Source: a bacterium
GTDB taxonomy: Bacteria > UBA8248
Reading direction: 5' to 3'
Length of the DNA: 64,000 bases
Assembly: GCA_965202625.1 (NCBI GenBank)
Contig: CBDBBI010000010.1
Span: forward strand, 2,816,001 to 2,880,000
Part shown: piece by piece, positions 9,538-19,533 of the stretch
Layout of the letters: each line of letters starts with the position of its first letter
Position numbering within the stretch: position 1 is the first letter of the stretch
Position numbers and translations under genes: made by a program
Notes under the pieces: model-generated
Databases searched by the model: none
The model's input: the letters and a program-made list of their open reading frames with translations, nothing else
Told to the model about the DNA's origin: nothing

Positions 9538-9960
9538 TTAGGGGAGCAGGCGCATTCCCAAAAAAGAGACGAAAAGGGAGAGGAAAATCGCCAGAAACCC
9601 GCAATAGGAGTGAATTTGTCGCCAGTCGTCGTTTTTCAGGTTTTTTCTGAGTTTTCGGCCCAGGTAGGCCGTCGCCCACAACAAGCATAGAGCCAGAGTG
9701 GCGAAATAGGAATGGGCCGTATCGTAATTGGGAGATTCCAGGGCGAAGCGCATTCCGCCCAGGCCGAGGGCGTAGCCCGCCGAGAAAAGAGCGGTGAACC
9801 ACCGCCCGAGCCTCATATGCAGACGGGCGATTCGCACCCTCTCGGGGCCCGTCCCCCTTCTTCCGGCGCGTCTGACCCGCAGACCGCTCGCCAGGGTGAT
9901 GAGGCCCAACGAGAGGGCGGCGATTTGAAAAGCCGGATGAAGATACGCCCCGAAATTCAT
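9538..9960 (-). CDS. Four-TM, four-His membrane protein (DUF4079/cytochrome b561-like)
   Basis: YLHP, RLHMRLG, AHSYFA and QIHSYCG place one His per predicted helix. Confidence 0.7.
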   Translation of the reverse strand: MNFGAYLHPAFQIAALSLGLITLASGLRVRRAGRRGTGPERVRIARLHMRLGRWFTALFSAGYALGLGGMRFALESPNYDTAHSYFATLALCLLWATAYLGRKLRKNLKNDDWRQIHSYCGFLAIFLSLFVSFLGMRLLP

Positions 9961-10173
9961 GCGCCGCCGTTCCAGAGAGTCGTATGTGTGAATGTGAGAC
10001 GCGCTTTTATCATCTTGGCCTTCGCCCTCCGCCTTGTCGAGAGGGAGGCGCAAGGCTTAGAATGGCGCGAACGCGCCTATGGCCTTCGGACAGGGGGTGA
10101 AGGGCGATGCCGCCCCCATGCGAGGGCTTCGTGGCTTGGAAAAGGTGGATCATTCTTCTTAAAGGAGGAAATC

Positions 10174-10877
10174 ATGGCCGTCATCGTATATGTTCTGACC
10201 AACCCGGCAATGTCCGGCCTCGTCAAGATCGGCAAGACTTCAAAGGACGATGTTCAGGCGAGGATGAGTCAACTGCATACGACAGGCGTTCCTCTTCCTT
10301 TCGAGTGCAGGTTCGCTATTGAGGTTGAGGACGAACAAGGGCCCGGGCTTGAACGGGCACTCCGGGATCGACGCCTTCGGTCCAGAGCAGACTGAGTCCT
10401 TCGAGAGAGTTCTTCGCAATAAAGACTTCCCAGGTGGTGGAGCTTCTCAAAATCTGGCCGGGCGCCAAAGACGTTACGCCAGAGGTCGAACGTGATTTGG
10501 ACAAGAATTTATCTTCCGAAGTCAGGGAGGCTACGAGGAAATTCAGGGAGGACAGGGAGGACAGGGAGGCTACGAGGAAATTCAGGAAAGCTCGCAGACC
10601 AAATTTGAATTTTAAGATGATGGGAATTCCAGAGGGATCAAAACTGGTGTCCACGCATGAGGATCGCGAGGAAGCGACCGTGATTGGGGAGCAGAAAAGT
10701 GTCGTTTCGGGGCGAGGAAATGTATCTGACGGCCGCAACCCAGATGGCCTGGAATCTGGATTACGGGGTTACCCCTTCTTCTGTACTGGACTTTCGAAGG
10801 CAGAAATCTCTCGGAAATTTACTCGGAGACGTATCCGCAGAGTATCGGCGAGCGGCGGCGACGAGGAGGAGGACTAG
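10174..10877 (+). pseudogene. GIY-YIG (T5orf172-like) nuclease gene with several frameshifts
   Basis: AAGGAGG SD. VYVLTNPAMSGLVKIGKT..TGVPLPFEC continues in other frames as REFF, RRPNLNF..MGIPEGS and YWTFEGRNLSEIY. Shifts lie near 10365, 10690 and 10780. Confidence 0.75.
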
Positions 10878-10961
10878 GCCGAGAAGCCACCGCGCATATC
10901 TCTTGCGGAAGGCGAAAGGGAATTATACAGGCAAGGGCGACCATATACCCGTTCAGGAGGG

Positions 10962-11759
10962 ATGATGAACGTCGAGGAGGTGCGCGCCATCGCGCGCGGC
11001 AGCAAGGTGTTTGACTTGGGCGTCGCGCTGTTCCCCGGAATGCCCCACGTACCCCTGCACGGCCCGTTCGGGTATTCCATGATCAGGGAGCACGGCGATT
11101 TCATGTATGCGGGCGGGGCCTGCGCCGCGGTGGACACGTTCTTCTGTACCGGACACACGGGCACGCACGTCGACGCACTCGGCCACGTCGCCCAGGACAT
11201 GCAGCTCCACGGCGGGGTGGACGCCTCCTCCTCGCAAAGCAAGACGGAGGGACTCAAGGTCCACGGCATCGAGAGCGTAGCGCCCGTGGTGCGGCGCGGC
11301 GTGATGCTCGACGTGGCGGCCCACTTGAAAAAAGACGTCCTTGAAGCGGGGCGTCCCGTCACGAGGGACGAACTCCAGGCGGCGGCGACCGCCCAGGGGG
11401 TAGAGGTGGAGGAGGGCGACGTCGTCCTGGTGCGCACCGCGCACATGCGCCACTGGCCGGGCCGGAATTATTATTTCCAGAAAGGGGGCGTCTCCGGAAT
11501 CGACCTCGACGCGGCGAGATGGCTCTCTGCGAAGGGCGTCTTCATGGTGGGGAGCGATACGTTCGCGGTGGAAGTGCTGCCCGCCCCCTCCCTGCCGGTC
11601 CACCGCCATCTGCTGGTGGACTGCGGAATCCACTTGCTTGAGGTGGCGGTTCTGGAGGAGTTGAGCCAAGCGCGGATTCATGAGTTTCTATTCGTCTGTC
11701 TGCCGCTCAAGATACGGGGCGGTACCGGCTCGCCCGTTCGTCCCGTCGCGATCTTCTAG
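10962..11759 (+). CDS. Cyclase-family metal hydrolase (kynurenine formamidase-like)
   Basis: HTGTHVDALGH, VGSD, VHRHLL and GGTGSPVRP. Confidence 0.88.
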   Translation: MMNVEEVRAIARGSKVFDLGVALFPGMPHVPLHGPFGYSMIREHGDFMYAGGACAAVDTFFCTGHTGTHVDALGHVAQDMQLHGGVDASSSQSKTEGLKVHGIESVAPVVRRGVMLDVAAHLKKDVLEAGRPVTRDELQAAATAQGVEVEEGDVVLVRTAHMRHWPGRNYYFQKGGVSGIDLDAARWLSAKGVFMVGSDTFAVEVLPAPSLPVHRHLLVDCGIHLLEVAVLEELSQARIHEFLFVCLPLKIRGGTGSPVRPVAIF

Positions 11760-11792
11760 CCGCGCTCCCCTTCAGGCTTTCACGAGATATCC

Positions 11793-13040
11793 ATGCCCCG
11801 CGTGTTGGAGGACAAGGCGAAGGCGCTTCTGGCGGATGCGGGCGTGCGCGTCCCCCGGGGCCGCTCGGTGCGGACGCCGGCCGAGGCGGCGGAGGCGGCG
11901 CGCTCGGTTGGCGGCCCCGTGGTGGTGAAGGCCCTCGTTCCCGTGGGAAAACGCGGCAAGGCGGGCGCCATCCTTTCGGCGGATACGCCGGAGGAGGCGG
12001 CCCAGGCGGCCCGGAACCTTCTGGGCGGCGTGGTGCATCACTTTCCCGTTGAGCGGCTTTTGGTGGAGGAGAGGGTCAGGAGCCTCCAGGAATGGTATTT
12101 TTCCATCTCTTTTGACAGCGCCTCGCGCGGTCCGCTCATCATGTTCAGCACCGAGGGCGGCGTTGAGATAGAAGCGCTCGCAGAGAGAAGCCCGGACGCG
12201 CTCAAACGACTGGAAGTCGATATTCTGGAGGGCCTGAGCGAGGAGGCGTGCGTCTCTTTTCTGCGCGCCTGCGGGGTGAGCGGGGATGCGCTGTTTCGCG
12301 CCGCACTCCTCATTCATGCCGGCTACGCGCTGTTTCGCCGCGTGGAGGCGCGGCTTCTGGAAATCAATCCGCTCATCCTCGGCGATGGGGACGAACCCGT
12401 CGCCGCCGCATGCGTCCTTGATCTGGATGCGGACGCGCTGTTTCGCCGCCCTGAGCGCAAGGCGCTGCTGGATGAGACGTCGACGGACGGCTGGCGTCCA
12501 CCCACGCCCCTGGAGGCGCGCGTTCGCGCGATAGACGCCAGCGTCCCGCCGCTCCACACGGTGCGCTTCAGGGAGATTGCGGGCGGAGAGATCGCCCTTC
12601 TCTGGAGCGGAGGCGGAGGCGGACTGTATCTCCTCGACACGATGGCGCGTCTGGGGGGTAAGCCTGCGACGGCGTTTGACGTCACGCCGGGCCCCCTGGA
12701 GGAGAAATACTACGAGATCACAAAAGAGATTCTGGGTATGCCGAACCTCAAGGGAGTGCTCGCCGGAAGCAACATCACGAGTTTCTCGCGCGTGCAGCTC
12801 AAGGTTCGCGCCATCGTTCGCGCGGTGGAGGAGACGGGGGTCGATCTCGCCGAATTTCCCTTCATCGTCCGCTTCGCCGGCGCGGGCGGAGAGGAAGCGC
12901 GGGAGATCGCCCGAACGTGCCCAGGCCTGCAATATCTGGGCGATGATGCGACGCTTGAAGAGGCGGCCGAGCGCATCGTCGCCCAGGTCGAGGCGGTGAA
13001 GCGCGGCGTGCCCTGGATGGACGCGGGAGGTGCGCGTTGA
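11793..13040 (+). CDS. ADP-forming acyl-CoA synthetase beta subunit (SucC/citryl-CoA-ligase-like, divergent)
   Basis: ATP-grasp VVVKA..GKRGKAG, LLVEE, STEGGVEIE and EINPL. SGGGGG replaces NGAG. Confidence 0.82.
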   Translation: MPRVLEDKAKALLADAGVRVPRGRSVRTPAEAAEAARSVGGPVVVKALVPVGKRGKAGAILSADTPEEAAQAARNLLGGVVHHFPVERLLVEERVRSLQEWYFSISFDSASRGPLIMFSTEGGVEIEALAERSPDALKRLEVDILEGLSEEACVSFLRACGVSGDALFRAALLIHAGYALFRRVEARLLEINPLILGDGDEPVAAACVLDLDADALFRRPERKALLDETSTDGWRPPTPLEARVRAIDASVPPLHTVRFREIAGGEIALLWSGGGGGLYLLDTMARLGGKPATAFDVTPGPLEEKYYEITKEILGMPNLKGVLAGSNITSFSRVQLKVRAIVRAVEETGVDLAEFPFIVRFAGAGGEEAREIARTCPGLQYLGDDATLEEAAERIVAQVEAVKRGVPWMDAGGAR

Positions 13041-13940
13041 GCATCCTCCTCGATGAGGCCACGCGCGTCATCGTGGCGGGAATCACCGGTTGGCAGGCGC
13101 GCACCCACACCGGGTTCATGCGGAAATACGGCGCCCGGGTGGTGGCCGGCGTGGTGCCGGGACGCGGAGGGGAGGATTGCGACGGCGTGCCGGTTTACGA
13201 CTCCTTCGCGTCCGCGACGCGCGAGCATCGGGCGGACGCCGCCGTCTTGTTCGTGCCCGCCGCCGCCGCTGCGGACGCAAGCATAGAGGCGGCGGGAGCG
13301 GGAGTCGGAGTGGTTCTCGTATGCGCGGAGGGCGTGCCCCTGCACGACGCCGCGCGCATGATCGCACACGCCCGACGCGCCGGAACGCGGCTCATAGGCC
13401 CCAACAGCCAGGGCGTCATCAGCCCCGGGCGCGCCAAGATGGGGGGTGCGGGCGGTGATTTGTCCGTCACGAACCTCTTGTTCCAGAGGGGGCCGGTGGG
13501 CGTTTTGAGCAGAAGCGGGGGCATGGGCAGCGAGACTTGCTGGCTCTTGAGCCGAGAAGGAATCGGCCAGACGACCTACGTGAGCGTGGGCGGGGACGCG
13601 CTCGTCGGCTCCCCTTTTTCTGCGTTGATGCCCTTGTTCGAGGAGGATCCTGATACGAAGTGCGTCGTCTTGTTTGGCGAGCCGGGCACGTCGGCCGAGG
13701 AGGATGCGGCGCGGCTGATGGGTGCGGGGAGGGTTCACCAAGCCGGTGGTCGCCTTCGTGGCGGGCATGATCCACGAGTCCGCCCCGCGCGGGGTGAGCT
13801 TCGGCCACGCGGCGGCCATCATCGAGCGCGGCGCGGGTTCTCCTGCGCGAAAAAAAGCGCTCCTCAAGGAGGCGGGCGCCGCCGTGGTCGATGACATGCG
13901 GGAGATTCCCGCCGCCGTGTGCGACGCCCTGGGCGGCTGA
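13037..13940 (+). CDS. ADP-forming acyl-CoA synthetase alpha subunit (SucD-like); one extra base near 13727
   Basis: GITG, IGPNSQG, SRSGG and GEPG. The tail KPVVAFVAG..FGHA with the phospho-His lies in ORF 13722..13940. Confidence 0.82.
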
Positions 13941-14065
13941 ACGTTTCGTCTCCTGGCGGATAACCCCACCGAAGACGCCGGCGAAATAGGGGGGAATCTC
14001 TCAAAAACCACAATATTCATATTTTGTTTCGCCATTGCCCACCTTTTGACGAGGAGAAATTGCGA

Positions 14066-15745
14066 ATGCCCAGAATGACAGGTGCCCAGGTCATGGCCGA
14101 GATGCTCAAAGGCTACGGCGTGACCCACACTTTCCTGGTTCCCGCCGTTCTCAGACGCTCGATGGCCGAGATGGAGGAGCGCACGAACATCGCACGCATC
14201 CAGACGCACGGCGAGAAATCCGCCGCCTACATGGCGGACGGCTACGCGCGCGCGGGCAGGAAGCCCGGCGTCTGCATGGCGCAGATCATCGGCGCGCTGA
14301 ATCTGGCGGCGGGCTTGCGAGACGCTTATCTGGCGAAATCCCCCGTCCTCGCCTTCACGGGCGGGCGCGTGCCGCAGACGAAGTTCAGAAAGGTCTATCA
14401 GGAGGTGGACGACGTTCCCGCCTTCGAGCCGGTGACGAAGTTCAACGCCACGGTGGACGACGTCTCGCGCTTTCCGGACATGCTGCGCCAGGCCTTTCGC
14501 GCGGCGACTTCCGGGTGTCCCGGACCGGTGCATCTGCAATTCGCCGGAAACGAGGGCCAGCTCGACGTCGAGGAGGCCGATATGGAGGTGATCGTCGAGG
14601 AGGACTTCAAGGCACTCCCCCCCTACCGGCCGGAACCCGAGCCGGCGCGCGTGAGGGCTGCGGTCGAATTGCTGGAGAGGGCGCAGCGTCCCGTCATCGT
14701 CTCGGGCGGCGGCGTGCGCGCATCAGGGGCGTCAAGAGAGCTGATCGCCCTGGCGGAGAAGCTCAACGTTCCGGTGGCGACGTCGCTGAACGGCAAGGAC
14801 AACCTTCCGGGGAACCATCCGCTCTCCGTCGGCGTGGTCGGAACCTATTCGAGAAAGAGCGCCAATCGGGTCGTGAACGCAGCCGATCTGGTTTTCTTCG
14901 TGGGAACCGAGACGGGCGGCATGACGACGCACTTCTGGGCCGTGCCGCCCATCGGAACGCCCGCGATGCAGCTGGACATCGAGCCGGAAGCCCTCGGACG
15001 GAATTACCCCCTTCAGGCGGCGGTTCTGGGCGACGCCAGGGTGAGCCTGCAGAAGATGGCGGACGCCGCCGGCGGGGAGTCCGCCGCCTCGCGCGTCGCC
15101 TGGGTGGAGAAGGCGCAGGGGTTCGTCCAGGGCTGGCGCGATGAGTTTCGCGCGTATCTTGCATCCGACGCCGCACCCATGCGCCCCGAGCGCATCTGTC
15201 AGGAGCTGACGGATTCTTTGCCCTCCGACTGCGTCGTCCTGGCGGATACGGGTCATTCGGGCATGTGGATGGGCGGCATGTATGATCTCTCGCATCCAGA
15301 GCAGAGCTACCTGCGAAGCGCAGGCCACCTGGGCTGGGCCTTCTCGGCGGGTCTCGGGGCCAAATGCGCCGTCCCCGAGCGGCCGGTGCTCGCCTTCAAC
15401 GGGGATTCGGGGTTTTGGTATCACCTCTCCGAGATCGAGACCGCCGTCCGCTGGAAGATCAACGCGGTCACGCTCGTGAACAACAACGCCTCGGGCAATC
15501 AGTCCAAGCGCGGCTTCGACCGGGCCTACGGCGGTGTGCAGACGGAGCAGGCCGGCGAGCTCTGGAAGCTCAACGCGGTGAATTTCGCCGAGATCGCCGC
15601 ATCCATGGGCGCACTGGGAATACGGGTGGAAAAACCGGAAGAGCTCGGAAGCGCGCTGGACCGGGCGTTCAGCGCGAACCGCCCCGTCGTGATCGACTGC
15701 GTGAGCGACGTTGAGGCCATGGCACCCCTGGCGGTCACGGAGTAG
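14066..15745 (+). CDS. Thiamine diphosphate-dependent enzyme (acetolactate synthase large-subunit family)
   Basis: HGE..AAYMADGYAR, GPVHL and the ThDP motif GDSGF..NN. Confidence 0.9.
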   Translation: MPRMTGAQVMAEMLKGYGVTHTFLVPAVLRRSMAEMEERTNIARIQTHGEKSAAYMADGYARAGRKPGVCMAQIIGALNLAAGLRDAYLAKSPVLAFTGGRVPQTKFRKVYQEVDDVPAFEPVTKFNATVDDVSRFPDMLRQAFRAATSGCPGPVHLQFAGNEGQLDVEEADMEVIVEEDFKALPPYRPEPEPARVRAAVELLERAQRPVIVSGGGVRASGASRELIALAEKLNVPVATSLNGKDNLPGNHPLSVGVVGTYSRKSANRVVNAADLVFFVGTETGGMTTHFWAVPPIGTPAMQLDIEPEALGRNYPLQAAVLGDARVSLQKMADAAGGESAASRVAWVEKAQGFVQGWRDEFRAYLASDAAPMRPERICQELTDSLPSDCVVLADTGHSGMWMGGMYDLSHPEQSYLRSAGHLGWAFSAGLGAKCAVPERPVLAFNGDSGFWYHLSEIETAVRWKINAVTLVNNNASGNQSKRGFDRAYGGVQTEQAGELWKLNAVNFAEIAASMGALGIRVEKPEELGSALDRAFSANRPVVIDCVSDVEAMAPLAVTE

Positions 15746-15860
15746 GGAGCGCGGCCGGGAGGGGGGATAAGCAGCAAAATTCAATCGCAAGCTTTGGTAT
15801 CGGTAGAGTGGATACCCGCGCATGTGGCATTTTCTCATTTCTTGTCGGGGGTATGTTATC

Positions 15861-16880
15861 GTGGCTCTTTGGGTAGTGCGGGCGGGAAAAGACGGGGAGC
15901 GAGAGCAATTTGCGCTTGAGGAGAACGTCGTGGTGGTCGGATCGCCCATGATGTTGGATCTATCGGGTTTTGAGAAGGAGCAATTTTCTGAAATCTGGTC
16001 TGAAATTCATCCCGATGCCAGTCCAGGTACAATCGCGAGTTGGACGGGTCAGCTATGGCGGTTTGTTCGAGTGATCAAGGAGGGAGACATTGTCGCGTTG
16101 CCGTTGAAAACGCGCTCAGAGGTCGCGTTTGGACGAATTACGGGTACCTACCGATATGATTCCAACGCGCCTGATGGTGCGCGGCACCAGCGACCGGTCC
16201 AATGGATGAACACGAGTGTCGCCCGCATCAATATCGACCAGGACCTGCGGCGTTCTTTTGGTGGGTTAAAGACGGTATTCGCCGTCGCTCGGAACGATGC
16301 GGAGGCGCGGATCGAGTCTCTTCTCGAAGGCAAGTCGAAGTCCGCATTCGTTTCTCCACAAGAGGGCGAAGAAGAAGACGGAGATACAGTATCCTTTGAT
16401 ATGCATCGTGAGGCCGAAGACCAAATCATTGATTTCATCGGTCGGAATTTCAAAGGGCACGATTTCGCCCGTTTGGTTGCGGGGGTGTTGACGGCTCAGG
16501 GCTATAAAGTCCAAACCTCGCCGCCAGGGCCTGATGGAGGGGTCGACATCGTCGCGGGACGTGGGCCAATGGGCTTTGAAGCCCCACGCCTTTGCGTTCA
16601 AGTGAAATCCGGGGATGCGCAGGTGGGCGTAACGGTCTTGCGTGAACTTCAAGGCGTAATGAAAAATTATCGCGCCCAGCAAGGGCTGATCGTTTCTTGG
16701 AGTGGCTTCAAGCAGACCGTCTACAAGGAGGCGCGACAGTTATTTTTTGAGATGCGGTTGTGGGATCAATCTGCTCTCGTGAAAGCGATCCAGGAAGTCT
16801 ATGAAAAATTACCCGATCAACTACAGGCTGAGCTACCGCTCAAGCGGACTTGGTTGCTTGTTGGAGCAGAAGGTGCCTAG
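15861..16880 (+). CDS. Mrr-like (type IV) restriction endonuclease
   Basis: LWVVRAG N-terminus and the GPDGGVDI..VQVKS Mrr catalytic motif. GC is lower than in the flanks. Confidence 0.85.
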   Translation: MALWVVRAGKDGEREQFALEENVVVVGSPMMLDLSGFEKEQFSEIWSEIHPDASPGTIASWTGQLWRFVRVIKEGDIVALPLKTRSEVAFGRITGTYRYDSNAPDGARHQRPVQWMNTSVARINIDQDLRRSFGGLKTVFAVARNDAEARIESLLEGKSKSAFVSPQEGEEEDGDTVSFDMHREAEDQIIDFIGRNFKGHDFARLVAGVLTAQGYKVQTSPPGPDGGVDIVAGRGPMGFEAPRLCVQVKSGDAQVGVTVLRELQGVMKNYRAQQGLIVSWSGFKQTVYKEARQLFFEMRLWDQSALVKAIQEVYEKLPDQLQAELPLKRTWLLVGAEGA

Positions 16881-16910
16881 TTTTCGCTCTTCGGTTCTGG
16901 ACGAACTTCT

Positions 16911-17741
16911 TTAGGAAATCGTTTTTTTCAAAAACGCGCGCGTCGCGCGGATGAACGCATCGGGCGCGTCCATGAAAACGTGGTGATGCGCGTCCGGAAT
17001 CACGGCGATCTCGACTTCGGGAGCGTTCTGGCACACCCAGGCGAGGGAGTCTGCTTCCAGACGGTCGGAGAGTGCCCCCGCCACGAGCAGGGCGGGCGTT
17101 CGCACCCGAAGCCAGCCGGGACGCTGATCCGTCTCGGGCCGCCCTGCGTGAAAGCGCCTGTCCGCCTTCACCGTCCAGGTCCCGTCGTCGTTCTGCCGCA
17201 CGGAGTGGCGCGCGACGTGGGCGATGGTCTCGGAGTCCGCCTTGTCCGATGAGGGCAGGAGCCTGAATTTCTCCGCGAAGAGCGTCTGCGAGGGCCAGGG
17301 CCTGGCGGGCCTGTTTCCGAAGGCGCGCACCTCCGCCAGAATCTGGTCCGTGGTCTGGAGCGGAGAGTCCACGATGATGAGGCCCTCCACGTCGGGAGGC
17401 TGCCGGGCGAAGAGGTTGAGCGCGATGACGCCGCCCATTGAGTGTGCCAGCAGGTAGGGCTTTCTCCCGCTGGCCGCTTTGGCCCATTCCACCCAGCCGA
17501 CGAGGTCGTCCAGGAGCTCCTCAAAGGGATAGGCGCGCAGCCAGGGGCTGTCCCCATGTCCGCGATGGTCCGTCGCCACCGGCCGGAGCATGTCCTTGTA
17601 GTGCGGGGCGACGTGATCCCACCAGTGCGCGTGGGCCGCCGCGCCGTGCAGCATCAAGAGGATGGGGTTCGCCTCCCCCTCTCCCCCGTGATCCAGGGCG
17701 TGAAGCCGCACGCCGCCCCGTTCCATGAATACGCTCCGCAC
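16911..17741 (-). CDS. Alpha/beta hydrolase
   Basis: LHG, DHRGHGDS, the AHSMGG nucleophile elbow and the HHVF catalytic His. Confidence 0.9.
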   Translation of the reverse strand: MRSVFMERGGVRLHALDHGGEGEANPILLMLHGAAAHAHWWDHVAPHYKDMLRPVATDHRGHGDSPWLRAYPFEELLDDLVGWVEWAKAASGRKPYLLAHSMGGVIALNLFARQPPDVEGLIIVDSPLQTTDQILAEVRAFGNRPARPWPSQTLFAEKFRLLPSSDKADSETIAHVARHSVRQNDDGTWTVKADRRFHAGRPETDQRPGWLRVRTPALLVAGALSDRLEADSLAWVCQNAPEVEIAVIPDAHHHVFMDAPDAFIRATRAFLKKTIS

Positions 17742-17844
17742 GCCGTCCCTTTCAATGAATACGCTTCCGCACGCCGTCCCCGTTCAACGAATACGCTTCC
17801 GCAAGCCGTCCCGTTCAACGTTCCGCAAGCCGTCCCGTTCAATC
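17706..17844. repeat. Five degenerate 22-32 bp tandem repeats overlapping the hydrolase start
   Basis: ccgca(c/a)gccgtcccgttcaa(t/c)gaatacgctt-type units at 17706, 17736, 17767, 17799 and 17823. Confidence 0.85.
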
Positions 17845-18414
17845 AAGACGCTTTTTGATGCGGACGTCCGCTTTTGTCCCCCATTCCGCCGCGTCGTTCC
17901 ACGTCGTTCCGCATGGTTCCGCATCGTATTTTCGGCGAGAATCCATGATTGGCGCACAGATCGCAAGCCCCCTGCTCGTTTTGGAGAGGCGTTTCATGAT
18001 GGCTCACGACTTGACGCGGACTCTGGAGCCGGGCGTGACCGATTCCCTGGAAATCGAAGGGCGCGTTATCCACGCATCTTTGTAGAAATCGCATTCTTGC
18101 GGAGCCTCGCATCTTTTGAGATTTTCGCCGGAGGAAATGTTGCGACTGTCCGACCGTCTGAAAGCGGCGAGGACGCGGACGCCCTCGCCGCCATCTCGCT
18201 TGACGACCTGCTTTGAGTGCCTTTTTCAGCGTCCTTTCACGGCCTTTTTCCCCGGATGTTTCGCCTCGGAAAATTCGTTATTTTCCAGTCCATTCGCAAT
18301 AATTTTTGTGCGGCTACAACGTCTTCATCGCCGGTTGAGGAGGCGCGCGTGATGGGTGAGAGGCGCTCGGCTGGAGGAATTCCAGGGCGATCGTTTCTCT
18401 CCTGCGAGGATTTC

Positions 18415-18789
18415 CTACTCCTCACCCCTATCTTCGGGCGAGGACTCTGGCTGCGTTTCTCGCCCCTTCAGATAGGCGCCGTATTCATCCTGTGTGGTCT
18501 CGGGGCAAAGATCCGGGCCGCGCTTGTAGGCGGCTCTCGATATGAGGTGCGCGGCTACGGGGGCGGTCAAAAACAGGAAGAAAATAGCCAGAAACGCCTG
18601 GGTCGTGACGGTGGTGCTCTGAAAGATGAGGCTGGCGCCGAGGAGAATCCCGCCCATGCCGAAGGTCGTGGCCTTGGTGGCGGCGTGCATCCGGCAATAG
18701 ACGTCCGGAAGGCGCAGGAGCCCGACGCTGGCGACCAGCATGAAGAACGCGCCGATGAGCAGCAAGCCGCAGGCGATGAGGTCACTCAA
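18415..18789 (-). CDS. mrpG: Mrp Na+/H+ antiporter subunit G
   Basis: GLLRLPDVYCRMHAATKATT and LTAPVAAH. Confidence 0.92.
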   Translation of the reverse strand: MSDLIACGLLLIGAFFMLVASVGLLRLPDVYCRMHAATKATTFGMGGILLGASLIFQSTTVTTQAFLAIFFLFLTAPVAAHLISRAAYKRGPDLCPETTQDEYGAYLKGRETQPESSPEDRGEE

Positions 18790-19051
18790 TGATTCTTCCC
18801 CTCTCCAAAAATTTCGCGTACACCGTCGTGCCCACGAAGCTCAGGATCGCCAGGGCGAGCACGGCGAGAATGAACAGATTGTTCCCCGTCTGGATTGCGT
18901 ATAGGGCGATGACGCCCAGCACGTTCGTGGCGATGGCGTCGGCCGCCACGACGCGATCGGACGCCGTGGGTCCCTTGATAAGGCGGATGAACGCCAGAAT
19001 CATCGAAAGGCCCAGCATGACCAGGCTGATCTGAACAGCCGTCCCGATCAT
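18782..19051 (-). CDS. mrpF: Mrp antiporter subunit F
   Basis: RLIKGPT..DRVVAAD; operon position. Confidence 0.92.
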   Translation of the reverse strand: MIGTAVQISLVMLGLSMILAFIRLIKGPTASDRVVAADAIATNVLGVIALYAIQTGNNLFILAVLALAILSFVGTTVYAKFLERGRIIE

Positions 19052-19521
19052 TCCACGGCTCCCACGATGGGATGCTCAAGCCCCTTCCGAATGCCCGCTA
19101 TCACCTCGTCGGGATGCTCGATGTCCAAAGTATGAACGAAGATCGTCTCACGATCGTCGGACACGTCCACGCTCAGCGTACCGGGGGTGAGGGTGATCGA
19201 GTTGGCCAGCATGGTCACTCCCAGCGGCGTCTTGCAAATCGTCCTGTAGGGGATAATGCCCGGGCGAATCGACGACCCGGGCGTCAGCACGATTTTCAGC
19301 ACCTGAAGGTTGGCGATGAGCAGCTCCCACAGGAAACTTCTCAGATACCTCAGATAGCTGCCGATGCGGAAAAAAGCTCTGTCCTGGTAGTAGGATTTTT
19401 TCAGAAAGCGGATGATGAGCACCGCCATGACCAAACCGACGAAAAAATGCCCGGGCGTGGCGCTTCCGTGCAGGAATATCCATATCGTGGCGATGGTGAA
19501 GGCGAGCGTGGCGAGCGGCAT
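19048..19521 (-). CDS. mrpE: Mrp antiporter subunit E
   Basis: LANSITLTPGTLSVD. Confidence 0.92.
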   Translation of the reverse strand: MPLATLAFTIATIWIFLHGSATPGHFFVGLVMAVLIIRFLKKSYYQDRAFFRIGSYLRYLRSFLWELLIANLQVLKIVLTPGSSIRPGIIPYRTICKTPLGVTMLANSITLTPGTLSVDVSDDRETIFVHTLDIEHPDEVIAGIRKGLEHPIVGAVE

Positions 19522-19533
19522 ACGGCGTTCTCC

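Noticed and set aside
17706-17844. Mini-CRISPR
   Set aside because: The units abut each other with no spacers.
17860-18400. Possible gene remnant (MAHDLTRTLE..., interrupted by TAG)
   Set aside because: No recognisable motif, so a call cannot be supported.
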